From a virus: a stretch of DNA of 64,000 nucleotides. A model generated the notes under the pieces. That model was not told where the DNA came from and did no database searches. It saw only the letters and a list, made by a program, of their open reading frames with translations. The stretch lies in the IMG/VR virus record IMGVR_UViG_3300045988_109836. The stretch is one strand, 5' to 3'. Below, in pieces: positions 40,486 to 48,616 of this stretch. The position numbers and the translations under genes are program-made. Within the stretch, counting starts at the first letter, position 1. Each line of letters starts with the position of its first letter.

Positions 40486-41130
40486 TTATCTTCTGTCTTT
40501 CTCTTTAGGCAGTCCGTAGGCATCACAATACCATTTCTGCATTCTAAAACCATTCTTTCCTTCCACCACTTCACCTTTCCCGACAATCTTTGTAGGAGTG
40601 AGTTTAGGCAGATTTTTAAGCCATAAACAAGTCTTCTTGCTTGCTTCATCCCCGAACATCCAAGGTTCTATGATTTGGTCTGCCTTTCTGAACCTTGTAC
40701 TCATAATCCCTACTGGGTTCTCTATGGCAATTCTTTTTACGCCCGAATTATATAGCTCCATAAAGAAATTAACGGCTTCTTCTCGGTCTTTCTCCCTGTT
40801 TGGATATTTCGGATGTGGTCTTCTCTGTTCTATCGGCAGCCCCTTATCTTCCGGGTGATAATACCATGCAGCACCAGACACACATAGATAAGTACAAGGT
40901 GGGTGTGCAACCATCAAATCCCATTCTTCGCCTTCCGGCAAATAATACTCTTCACCGTTTTGCAGCTTTCCTCCGAAATTGGGAATAACCTGCAAAACAT
41001 CCTGCTTGAAATGCCATTCGGGGTGCCCACCGCTACAGTCTACAATGTCACAACTAAAGGCGTTATGTCCTCGTTTTCTAAAAGCCTCACAAACTCTCTG
41101 ACTTTCTTCACATGCTACCAATACATTCAT
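40486..41130 (-). CDS. putative DNA (cytosine-5) methyltransferase-like protein
   Basis: 214 aa. ..WDLMVAHPPCTYLCVSG.. resembles the catalytic Pro-Cys motif IV, and ..IAIENPVG.. resembles the ENV motif. The N-terminus MNVLVACEESQRV is not a canonical FxGxG motif. Family assignment is from pattern memory only. Confidence 0.45.
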   Translation of the reverse strand: MNVLVACEESQRVCEAFRKRGHNAFSCDIVDCSGGHPEWHFKQDVLQVIPNFGGKLQNGEEYYLPEGEEWDLMVAHPPCTYLCVSGAAWYYHPEDKGLPIEQRRPHPKYPNREKDREEAVNFFMELYNSGVKRIAIENPVGIMSTRFRKADQIIEPWMFGDEASKKTCLWLKNLPKLTPTKIVGKGEVVEGKNGFRMQKWYCDAYGLPKEKDRR

Positions 41131-41374
41131 TTTCTTCTTCCTCCACTACCGGGTTATTGTCATTTTCCAATACGTTGTACATCTTAATTGTACAATGCTT
41201 TTTAGGTGTTACTACAATCTCGTTTCCTCCCAGGTATTCCGGCAAATGTCCCCTCATTATATATGCCTGCACATCATTACGGGTAAACCGTTTCCCGTTC
41301 TGCTTCCGGAAATTGTCATTCATCCAGATAAGCAATCCTTTCGCGTTTACGTCTTCTATTAAAAATTTTCCCAT
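41108..41374 (-). CDS. hypothetical protein (88 aa)
   Basis: ATG start; overlaps the next gene by 23 nt. No motif recognised. Confidence 0.5.
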   Translation of the reverse strand: MGKFLIEDVNAKGLLIWMNDNFRKQNGKRFTRNDVQAYIMRGHLPEYLGGNEIVVTPKKHCTIKMYNVLENDNNPVVEEEENECIGSM

Positions 41375-41379
41375 ACCAA

Positions 41380-42246
41380 CTAAAATAAATTATTTTTACA
41401 AATCCAAAGACCTTCTTGCTTGTTACAGCCTTTGTTCTTTCCACAAAATGATACTGTCTTGTCTATATAATCCACACATTCAAAATCACCGGGCATCCAG
41501 TATTCCGATATGTAACAATTTTTCTGCTGTTTCGCCCAGTCATAAAATTCTTCATGATTGAAATTAGTAAAATACCCTTCGGTATTTATATAGGGTGGGT
41601 CGCAATATATTACATACTTCTCTTCTTTCGGTATTTCCAACTCTCTATAGTCACCCTGGAAAACTTCGATATTACCCATTCCCTGTAAACTCTGCAAATC
41701 CCAAAGTCTTTCCAACCGTTCCATGCTTTGCAATCTCTGCAAATTATCCGGATAATTAAGCTTCACCAGAATATCCTTTATTGCACATCTTCTATCCTTG
41801 AATGTATCACACCCCTTAAACACATCTTCCGGAATAGAGATACCCATATCTTCAAACAGATTAAAATCACCAAAACAGATTGCATAGTGGAAAGCCTTCT
41901 TATATGGTTCGACCTGTTCACTATAACAATAGGTTCTCTGATTGTTACCGAAAGAAAAACATAATCTTACATACGTATCGTCTTTCTTTAATCTGAAAAA
42001 GTCCTCCCTACTTATCCATCGGTTTTCATCCTTGAACTTCCCGTTTACTGCATCAGCGAAAAACTTTGCGCTGTCCGTTATATCGTTTATGACAAACCTT
42101 TTGTATTTCCCCGATAAAATGGCTGCATGAGTGACTGCACATCCCCCAGCAAAAGGTTCTACCCATACATCAGCGGAAGGAAGAGCCTCAACGACCCATT
42201 TTGCAATACGTGATTTACTCCCTTTATAGGATAATCCATAATTCAT
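41380..42246 (-). CDS. Dam-like N6-adenine DNA methyltransferase (D12 class)
   Basis: N-terminal ..YKGSKSRIAKWV.. and AdoMet-binding ..VEPFAGGCAV.., with the catalytic ..IYCDPPYINTEGY.. (DPPY motif). Confidence 0.8.
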   Translation of the reverse strand: MNYGLSYKGSKSRIAKWVVEALPSADVWVEPFAGGCAVTHAAILSGKYKRFVINDITDSAKFFADAVNGKFKDENRWISREDFFRLKKDDTYVRLCFSFGNNQRTYCYSEQVEPYKKAFHYAICFGDFNLFEDMGISIPEDVFKGCDTFKDRRCAIKDILVKLNYPDNLQRLQSMERLERLWDLQSLQGMGNIEVFQGDYRELEIPKEEKYVIYCDPPYINTEGYFTNFNHEEFYDWAKQQKNCYISEYWMPGDFECVDYIDKTVSFCGKNKGCNKQEGLWICKNNLF

Positions 42247-42252
42247 ACCTCA

Positions 42253-42648
42253 CTACTTTATCATCAACAACCTTTCAAAATCCTTGTCCCGTTCCTCCTC
42301 ACTCTTATACACTACCCATAAATTCTTTATAGGGTTGTCCTTGAATGATGCACTTTCGTCTGCCAGCTTGTTTATCACTATAGCCGGGTTTCCGTCCGAA
42401 TACCAGTCTTTTTCGTATGATATGATAAAATACTTCATAAGGGCGTGTTCCCCGTCACTGAACACAAACATTCTGCCTTTTGAACGTTCCTCGTATTCCT
42501 TCCAGGAATCAACTTCTTTCTGAAATATTTCCGCTTTCTCGCTATTAGGGTTTTCCAAATAGTCTATTATCTTTTTGGATATCCTTTTCAGTCCTATAGC
42601 GTTGAACACTTCCGCACATCCTATCAATATATCAATATCTTTTCCCAT
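42253..42648 (-). CDS. hypothetical protein
   Basis: 131 aa, ATG start. No motif recognised. Confidence 0.55.
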   Translation of the reverse strand: MGKDIDILIGCAEVFNAIGLKRISKKIIDYLENPNSEKAEIFQKEVDSWKEYEERSKGRMFVFSDGEHALMKYFIISYEKDWYSDGNPAIVINKLADESASFKDNPIKNLWVVYKSEEERDKDFERLLMIK

Positions 42649-43063
42649 GCTCTTTCTCCAAAAGTTTTTCTATCCTCTCTTCCGGTATCTGGTTCTTCAA
42701 ACTCTTTCTGTCTCCAAAATCATATATCTGATGGCATTCCATACATGCCAGCACTATGTTTTCCGGGTCACAGCGCAAACCTGGGTGTGCTCCTCGGCTC
42801 AATATATGGGAGAAGAAAATAGGCTTCATTTCAAGACCCAGCCACTTTCCACAATGGAAACAATAATGGGGGTTCTCCTCCCATACCTTAACAAACACTT
42901 CGTTAAGCCTGTTTTCTTCCTCCTTCAATGAAGCGCGGTTCAACTTCAATTTCTTTCTATTGTCGTAGCATTCCTTACATAACCATCTATTGCGGTCATA
43001 TATGAAATGATTCTCCTTGCAAGAAACACACGGTCTGACTTCTTCCTTCACTGTCTTTTTCAT
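42632..43063 (-). CDS. HNH/NinG-like zinc-ribbon nuclease
   Basis: CxxC pairs (CVSCKEN..CKEC; CFHCGKW..CMEC) surround ..FSHILSRGAHPGLRCDPENIVLACMECHQ.., which shows H...N...H spacing. Confidence 0.45.
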   Translation of the reverse strand: MKKTVKEEVRPCVSCKENHFIYDRNRWLCKECYDNRKKLKLNRASLKEEENRLNEVFVKVWEENPHYCFHCGKWLGLEMKPIFFSHILSRGAHPGLRCDPENIVLACMECHQIYDFGDRKSLKNQIPEERIEKLLEKEHGKRY

Positions 43064-43109
43064 GATGCAAATATAATAATATTATCTGATAACATAAACT
43101 TTTATTATG

Positions 43110-43616
43110 TCATTTTTCACAAACCTTATAAAATATACAATCCTTACATCTATTTTTGTCAAACAACCATCCTCCGTACTGACTGCAAAGTATGAACCCC
43201 TTCTCCTTGTTCCAATACTTTTTCCTCAACATCTCCCTGTATCTTTCAGATAAACCCTCTTCCTCTTCCTTAAACGGGCTTATCCATCCTCTTTCTCGCT
43301 GGCGTTTATTGGCTATGAATACCTGGTATTTACCCCTCTTATTCCATTTTTCTATTGCCTTTGGTCCTATCAAGTTATAGGGGTCGAACATTATTTCTTT
43401 ATATCGACTGTTCTCTATCATTGACCCTTGAAACACCATATATTCCCATAATGCCCTATTAGAGGAAATCCCGGTCTTTTCCCAGAACTTTTCCATGAGT
43501 TCTATTTTTGACCGGGTTCTCTTAAGGTTGGGGGTGTAATTGAAAAGATATTCTATAATCCTTTCAATGGCTGTTTCAATCCTCCTGTTCTCCCCACAAT
43601 CTTTTTGCTGTGTCAT
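43110..43616 (-). CDS. hypothetical protein
   Basis: 168 aa, ATG start, basic, with a C-terminal Cys cluster (CSQYGGW..CKDCIFYKVC). Confidence 0.55.
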   Translation of the reverse strand: MTQQKDCGENRRIETAIERIIEYLFNYTPNLKRTRSKIELMEKFWEKTGISSNRALWEYMVFQGSMIENSRYKEIMFDPYNLIGPKAIEKWNKRGKYQVFIANKRQRERGWISPFKEEEEGLSERYREMLRKKYWNKEKGFILCSQYGGWLFDKNRCKDCIFYKVCEK

Positions 43617-43621
43617 AACAA

Positions 43622-43780
43622 TTATGAATTACACCTGTTCGCAAACTCAATAGCCGATTTCTTATCGGGGAAATAGTTTGCCCGATTACCAGTCATTACA
43701 TTTATCACTTCATAAATTTTACAACCATATTCAGCCGCTTCACGAACTATATACTTAATTCTACAATTTAAAGATTTCAT
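43622..43780 (-). CDS. small hypothetical protein (52 aa)
   Basis: The track ORF starts at TTG (43810). The ATG at 43780 (MKSLNCRIKY..) is preceded by the leader motif GTCAAACAAATAAAATTTAGAGTT. Confidence 0.45.
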   Translation of the reverse strand: MKSLNCRIKYIVREAAEYGCKIYEVINVMTGNRANYFPDKKSAIEFANRCNS

Positions 43781-43806
43781 AACTCTAAATTTTATTTGTT
43801 TGACAA

Positions 43807-44076
43807 TCAAAAATTATTAGCCTTAAATTCACCTCTTAACTCTCCGTTTTTGTACATTCTTACAGAAGCAACAACTACCGTACTGGACAAATAACGTCCG
43901 ACATCATTTCTCAGTTTACGTTCCAAATCCATAGCCTTTGCCAGTGATTTAGTTCTTTTCTTCAATACCTTACTAAATCCGAAAACTATATCTTTCGTTT
44001 CAATCTCAAAGCTATATACATTTGAAAACAACACCTTTTTCAAATCTTCCGTCATTCTTTCTACATTTGATTTCAT
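43807..44076 (-). CDS. hypothetical protein (89 aa), first gene after promoter copy E
   Basis: The ATG at 44076 follows the conserved leader of promoter copy E. Confidence 0.55.
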   Translation of the reverse strand: MKSNVERMTEDLKKVLFSNVYSFEIETKDIVFGFSKVLKKRTKSLAKAMDLERKLRNDVGRYLSSTVVVASVRMYKNGELRGEFKANNF

Positions 44077-44121
44077 ATCTTTTATCTTTTATTTGTTTGA
44101 CTTTCTTTCCTTATCACATTG

Positions 44122-44163
44122 CAAAGATAAGATTATGTTATGACATACGCAAGTGCTTATGTC
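44122..44163 (-). promoter_or_regulatory. class-I phage promoter, copy E
   Basis: -7 box TATCTTTG at 44122..44129 and a near-palindrome gacatacgcaagtgcttatgtc at 44142..44163. Coordinates were checked against the frame of antisense track ORF 44022..44204. Confidence 0.55.
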
Positions 44164-44293
44164 TAAATTGTGGATTTATTAACATCATTTCACAATACCA
44201 ATAATTCACTATAATAAAAATATTTTACAAATTACATAACATTTTATTATTCTATAATTAATCCAATTTGTAATTATTTATAACCAAAATAAA

Positions 44294-44319
44294 AGGGAGT
44301 TACTAAATTGTAACTCCCT
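44294..44319 (-). terminator. rho-independent terminator after the tail tube gene
   Basis: 10-bp stem agggagttac / gtaactccct with a 6-nt loop, followed on the minus strand by TTTTATTTTGG. Confidence 0.65.
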
Positions 44320-44344
44320 AATTATCAATTGTTTATAATCAAAA

Positions 44345-44827
44345 TTAAAGTTCCAAAGTTGATACGGGGTAAAGATAGATTCCCGATATAGAATACCCGG
44401 CAATGCCAGCTTCTTGCAATGAAAAATTTTGATTATTTACAAAACACGGATTCAACATGCACATAGTCTGTCCGGTAGGGTCTACTGCTGTCACCATCTT
44501 TGTAGTCGAATCCTGGCTCTGAATTGTCTTGCTATAAATAGCAATGGCAAAACCAAGCTCACCCAAAATCAAAGTGTCCACGATAGACTTAACGGAACCC
44601 AAACGGTGCATCATACCTTCCATTACTGGCTGTTTAAAGTCAATAAAGAATTGGTCTACCGTCCATGTGCACTGGTATTGCACGGCTGGCACCTCCTGGT
44701 TAAGGAGTGAACCGAGACCCTGCACGTTTGCACGGGTAATGTTCTCTGCAAATTGCAGATTACGAACAAACCCGGCTACTTGATTATCTATTTTAATATA
44801 CGCTTTAGGCGCTGTAAAAACTGCCAT
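44345..44827 (-). CDS. tail tube protein
   Basis: 160 aa and beta-rich, directly downstream of the sheath gene and followed by a terminator. This is the canonical sheath-tube order. Confidence 0.6.
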   Translation of the reverse strand: MAVFTAPKAYIKIDNQVAGFVRNLQFAENITRANVQGLGSLLNQEVPAVQYQCTWTVDQFFIDFKQPVMEGMMHRLGSVKSIVDTLILGELGFAIAIYSKTIQSQDSTTKMVTAVDPTGQTMCMLNPCFVNNQNFSLQEAGIAGYSISGIYLYPVSTLEL

Positions 44828-44852
44828 AATCTTCTAATTTTTAGGGTTTGTT

Positions 44853-46496
44853 TTATCCACGAATTAAGTAACCTGTAAAGAACAACTTGGTGATTTCGTT
44901 ATTTACCACAATTTTGTAAGTGGTGAAATAAGCGTCTTCCTTTCTTGTTGTCACTACATCCTTGAACGACAGAATCAGATTGTCTTGTGCGTCCGTTGCG
45001 GTTCTTGACTGTAAATATGCCACTGTCCAATCCTTCACCGCTCCTGCTGTCAGTGTATTGGCGTTAACACCGTTTTCCTGTCCCAGCAAGTCCAATGTCG
45101 CATTTACAATCAATTCCTTATTGATTTGTGCGACGATACGCATGAACTGGATAGAATAGGACTGTCCTTTTGCGTTGAACAAGTTAGCGTTGTCCTGCAA
45201 TGTATTCACACCTTGCAAGATGTTGAACTTTCCGGTGTAGTCATTCAATACGGTTGTCAGAATACCGTATTTCAATGCCTTCTTCTTTTCAGAATCAGTC
45301 AATGCGTGTTGCAGTCTGTCAACACCGATTGTCTTGAATGTAGGCGGTACATAAGGCGGTTTTCCACTGATACGACCCACAATCGCGCACAAGTTATACA
45401 TTACACCCCACCAACGGATTTTCTGCGCATCGAATGCAGATACCACACCAGCACCACCGTGTACAAGCTGTACAAATGAGCTGTCGAACTTCTTTGCCAA
45501 ATCAATTTCCTTTGAGAAATCGGCTCCCTTGTCATATCCTGCCACATAGAGGAAATGCTGGAATTTGGCCGCACCATTCATGTGTGTAAGATATGCCTTT
45601 GTCGTGGCCGAATAGGCGTTGTCTCCTACCTGGTCCAAAATCACATTACTATAGTCCAAACCTACAATCTGGTCCAGTACAGCATTGAAATCGTTCGCGT
45701 CGAATGATTCCGTACCGCCTGCCGCCAGAATATAGGGTTTACCATTAAGGGCTGTGGTGATATCGTTTTCTTCGATTGTCCCATCTCCCTGTACTTCCGT
45801 ATCGGATGTTAACACGAATGCCAGTGCAAAGTTAGAATCATTTGTAGCCCAGTCTACAAGTTCTTGCATGTTCTCAAATTCCGGTGATTCAAGAACAAGC
45901 TCTGGGTCGCAATTCTCCTGCGTAATATCACCGTATGGCAGACCGTCCGTATAGGTTCCCGTATATGTGCCTCTCCAGAACTGCAAGATGTGTTTTGTCG
46001 GGTCTTCGCGTCCTGCAATGAAGTTCATACCATACCCCTTTGTTAGTAACTTATCGTTCAATAATGAACCGTTTGCTACCAAACCTTCGTCCAAAGTCTT
46101 TACCGCAAATGTGCCTCCTGCTGAAGTTGCGAATGTCATTGTTGCGCCTGTTGTTTTTGCAGCGCGTACAAATTCAAGTTCGGAAACACCTACCGCATCC
46201 GCATTTGAGGGGTCGGGGGCAAACAGAGCCTCGGCAACTCTCCACCAAAGACCACCTTTCATAAATGCACGGAAATCAGAAATATTGTCGAAAGTATAGA
46301 TAGCGTTCTGTCCTTGTGCGTTCTCGCCATTGATACCAGCACCGCCGCCAAATCCGGCTGAATACTTTCCTGTATCAATAATAAGGACCTTTCCATAGTC
46401 AAGATTTCTTGCCGGGTTCATTTCCCCACTTACAATAGTGGAATAGACACCGGGCAATGAAATCTGCCGACCGTTGAAAATAAACGTTGATGCCAT
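44853..46496 (-). CDS. contractile tail sheath protein
   Basis: 547 aa. The N-terminus ..ISLPGVYSTIV.. is typical of sheath proteins. Size and position upstream of the tube gene agree. Confidence 0.72.
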   Translation of the reverse strand: MASTFIFNGRQISLPGVYSTIVSGEMNPARNLDYGKVLIIDTGKYSAGFGGGAGINGENAQGQNAIYTFDNISDFRAFMKGGLWWRVAEALFAPDPSNADAVGVSELEFVRAAKTTGATMTFATSAGGTFAVKTLDEGLVANGSLLNDKLLTKGYGMNFIAGREDPTKHILQFWRGTYTGTYTDGLPYGDITQENCDPELVLESPEFENMQELVDWATNDSNFALAFVLTSDTEVQGDGTIEENDITTALNGKPYILAAGGTESFDANDFNAVLDQIVGLDYSNVILDQVGDNAYSATTKAYLTHMNGAAKFQHFLYVAGYDKGADFSKEIDLAKKFDSSFVQLVHGGAGVVSAFDAQKIRWWGVMYNLCAIVGRISGKPPYVPPTFKTIGVDRLQHALTDSEKKKALKYGILTTVLNDYTGKFNILQGVNTLQDNANLFNAKGQSYSIQFMRIVAQINKELIVNATLDLLGQENGVNANTLTAGAVKDWTVAYLQSRTATDAQDNLILSFKDVVTTRKEDAYFTTYKIVVNNEITKLFFTGYLIRG

Positions 46497-46572
46497 ATTA
46501 TTTTTCTTTTTTATTTGTCTACGGAATTCTGCGCAATTTCCCTATCAAATCACACATTCATATAAGTCGCTA

Positions 46573-46604
46573 TAAAGATAGTGTTTTTATCTATATAATG
46601 CAAA
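46573..46604 (-). promoter_or_regulatory. putative promoter for the sheath/tube genes
   Basis: The minus strand reads TTTG(46601..46604)-N20-TATCTTTA(46573..46580), one mismatch from TAnnTTTG. About 75 nt upstream of the sheath ATG. Confidence 0.4.
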
Positions 46605-46607
46605 GGT

Positions 46608-47318
46608 TTACAGTCCTTTGTTTATATCAGCTTCCACACCGGGCAATTCGTAATCCCTTTGATAATTATCCGCACCCCACTTGTCAGCCGCAATGCCTGC
46701 ATCCTCAAATGCAATCTTGCTAAGCAATTCTTCGTTTACCAGTGTTCCTACAATCTGGTCCAAAGTCAAATCAAGCCTTACAGACTTTATGAATATAGGA
46801 ATAGGCAACACGTTCTGGTTTGTCATTAATTCCGTTATCCTTACCTCTACCAAATCATATTGGGTAGAAAGCCAGTTGTAGGAACCCATTATAAGTGCAT
46901 ACAAAACTTCCGACATAATTATACTTTCCAGCATGTTGTCCGAAAGACACATTATCTCAAAGTTATGGAAACGGCTATCTCTTATTTGCCATGCTCCACC
47001 ATCGTATATCTGTCCGTTCATTTTCCCTATGGAATTTGCAGCTCCTGGGTCTGCTCCCGGCTCCCTTATTACATAGGCCGGTAATCCCGTATTGTCTTTC
47101 GGGAATTCAAACAACACCCTTAAATTACGGGGGTTTGTCATTCCTCTCAAAAACAGCTTTTTCGCCTGGTCGTAAAAATCAAAATTCCCTTCCTTCATCC
47201 CATTAAGAAGTCTGTATAAGAAAGTATTCTGTTCGTCTCCCTTATGCAGTCTGTAATCTTCTGGTATATAGTTCAATATTGAAACTATAAACTGCTTTAC
47301 CTTCACAATTTCTATCAT
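46608..47318 (-). CDS. virion structural protein (neck/tail completion region)
   Basis: 236 aa, ATGA-coupled to the upstream gene. Assignment by position only. Confidence 0.5.
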   Translation of the reverse strand: MIEIVKVKQFIVSILNYIPEDYRLHKGDEQNTFLYRLLNGMKEGNFDFYDQAKKLFLRGMTNPRNLRVLFEFPKDNTGLPAYVIREPGADPGAANSIGKMNGQIYDGGAWQIRDSRFHNFEIMCLSDNMLESIIMSEVLYALIMGSYNWLSTQYDLVEVRITELMTNQNVLPIPIFIKSVRLDLTLDQIVGTLVNEELLSKIAFEDAGIAADKWGADNYQRDYELPGVEADINKGL

Positions 47319-48100
47319 AGCCCTTTAATTTGTTTTAATGCCTCGTCTATCGCCATTTCAGCAACATATTCTATCTGGGCCTCTTCTAAAGCCCTGTCCA
47401 TTAGTTTTTTAGCTGTTATACCACCATTGAACCAGCTTGTAGGGTCTGACTTATCACTAACCCTTCTGAATGTCATATACTGACCTCTCTTTTCCTGGTC
47501 CGAACTTCGAGCCTCAACCCTTACAAGACCTTCATATTTTGCAGACTTGTGCATGTATTCCGGCACGTTCAATCCCGGTATGTTTATCTCCTTCCTGCTT
47601 CCCCTTACCTGCTGGTTTGCTGGCAAGTCTGCGAATTTCAGAGGCTGACCGCCTGCATTACGTGCCATATCGTACACATCTTTAGGCATAACAGAACTGA
47701 ATATTCCGGATTCCGCTATTGCTCCAGGCGTGGCGTGTCTGAACGGTATTGTTAGATACCATCCTAAACCGTCCTTCTTTATCTTTGCCTTGTCCGAACG
47801 TTGGAACCCTATCTTCTCGTCAAACGGTGTCGCACCCTCTTCCAGCATCATAGGAAGTGGACCTGCCGCCCTTGCAGACAATACAAATTCTACAGATGTG
47901 GCGGAAGTCCGGTCTACCTGCATTGCAGACCGATATATTCCCCGTGTCTGATGCAGTTCAGAATCTACAAGCGCATTCCACCTTCGCATATACTCCTTTA
48001 CTACATCATCGACAAGACGTGTTCCAAGGAATTCTGCTTCTTGTGGTGTCAATGCGAATTCCGCAACCGTTTCTGATATGTCTACATATAGAGGTAACAT
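47315..48100 (-). CDS. virion structural protein (neck region)
   Basis: 261 aa, between the capsid and sheath genes. Assignment by position only. Confidence 0.5.
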   Translation of the reverse strand: MLPLYVDISETVAEFALTPQEAEFLGTRLVDDVVKEYMRRWNALVDSELHQTRGIYRSAMQVDRTSATSVEFVLSARAAGPLPMMLEEGATPFDEKIGFQRSDKAKIKKDGLGWYLTIPFRHATPGAIAESGIFSSVMPKDVYDMARNAGGQPLKFADLPANQQVRGSRKEINIPGLNVPEYMHKSAKYEGLVRVEARSSDQEKRGQYMTFRRVSDKSDPTSWFNGGITAKKLMDRALEEAQIEYVAEMAIDEALKQIKGL

Positions 48101-48102
48101 CT

Positions 48103-48558
48103 TTATTCTTCTGCTATATACCTAATATCACACCCGAACTTTGCAAACAACATCTCTATAAAATCGCTGTCCGTTCCCGACAGACTTTTCCGGCTCAATG
48201 TTACTACCGTCCCTATCTTATAGGCTATCACATCATCCAATAGCTTGTTGAACCCTTTTCTTTGCGCCAATGTAACGTTAAACGTCACGTCCTTATATAC
48301 ATCTTTGGCATGCAGTCCGTTTTCCCTGCAATATCTTTCCAGTGCTTCTATATGCTTGTTTAGGTTATGTTTGTTCATAACCCTTGCATACATTACATTC
48401 TTTCTTTGTCCTTTGGACGCAATCGCATATACCGATTCATCGTCGTAATCTATCCATTGTGTGGCGGAATTATGGGTCTTTATCTTTCCTTCCTTTACAT
48501 AATTAGATAGTGTTGCCCGGCTTATGCCCAGGACTTCCAAAACTTTCTTTGCTCTCAT
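48103..48558 (-). CDS. MerR-type HTH + degenerate serine-recombinase (resolvase/IS607 TnpA-like) catalytic-domain protein
   Basis: The track start at 48564 is TTG; the ATG is at 48558 (MRAKKVLEVLGISRATLSNYVKEGKIK = HTH). Then ..VMYARVMNKHN.. sits where Y-x-R-V-S-S-x-x-Q is expected, and ..VVTLSRKSLSG.. sits where D-R-L-x-R is expected. The ORF ends at ..CDIRYIAEE*, before helix E. Confidence 0.65.
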   Translation of the reverse strand: MRAKKVLEVLGISRATLSNYVKEGKIKTHNSATQWIDYDDESVYAIASKGQRKNVMYARVMNKHNLNKHIEALERYCRENGLHAKDVYKDVTFNVTLAQRKGFNKLLDDVIAYKIGTVVTLSRKSLSGTDSDFIEMLFAKFGCDIRYIAEE

Positions 48559-48608
48559 ATACAAAATGTTTAAAAGTGTACAAAACTAAACATTTTCTTT
48601 CAAAGATG

Positions 48609-48616
48609 CAAATTTA
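48609..48616 (-). promoter_or_regulatory. putative -7 box TAAATTTG (class-II TTTGCAT type) upstream of the recombinase-like gene
   Basis: The minus strand reads TAAATTTGCATC. The TAA is also the stop codon of ORF 48614..49408. About 50 nt upstream of ATG 48558. No good -33 element was seen. Confidence 0.3.

Noticed and set aside
39768-40508. 246-aa plus-strand ORF opposite the exonuclease gene.
   Set aside because: The minus-strand frame carries all three DEDDh exonuclease motifs. The plus-strand product has no motif and an odd composition.
43068-43075. TATATTTG box immediately upstream of ORF 42632..43063, considered as a promoter feature.
   Set aside because: Only 4 nt separate the box from the ATG, so a transcript started downstream of it would lack the start codon. 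It is kept only as a member of the TTTGCAT motif family in the findings.
44164-44344. AT-rich 180-nt intergenic region examined for a tRNA, small RNA or CRISPR-like repeats.
   Set aside because: No cloverleaf-compatible GTTCGAATC-type arm and no direct repeats were found. The content is explained by the upstream part of promoter copy E and by the tail tube terminator.
48103-48558. Interpreting the serine-recombinase-like gene as a phage integrase, and therefore the element as a temperate phage.
   Set aside because: The catalytic Ser and Arg positions and helix E appear to be missing. No att-like repeats or repressor/lysogeny module were seen in the window.
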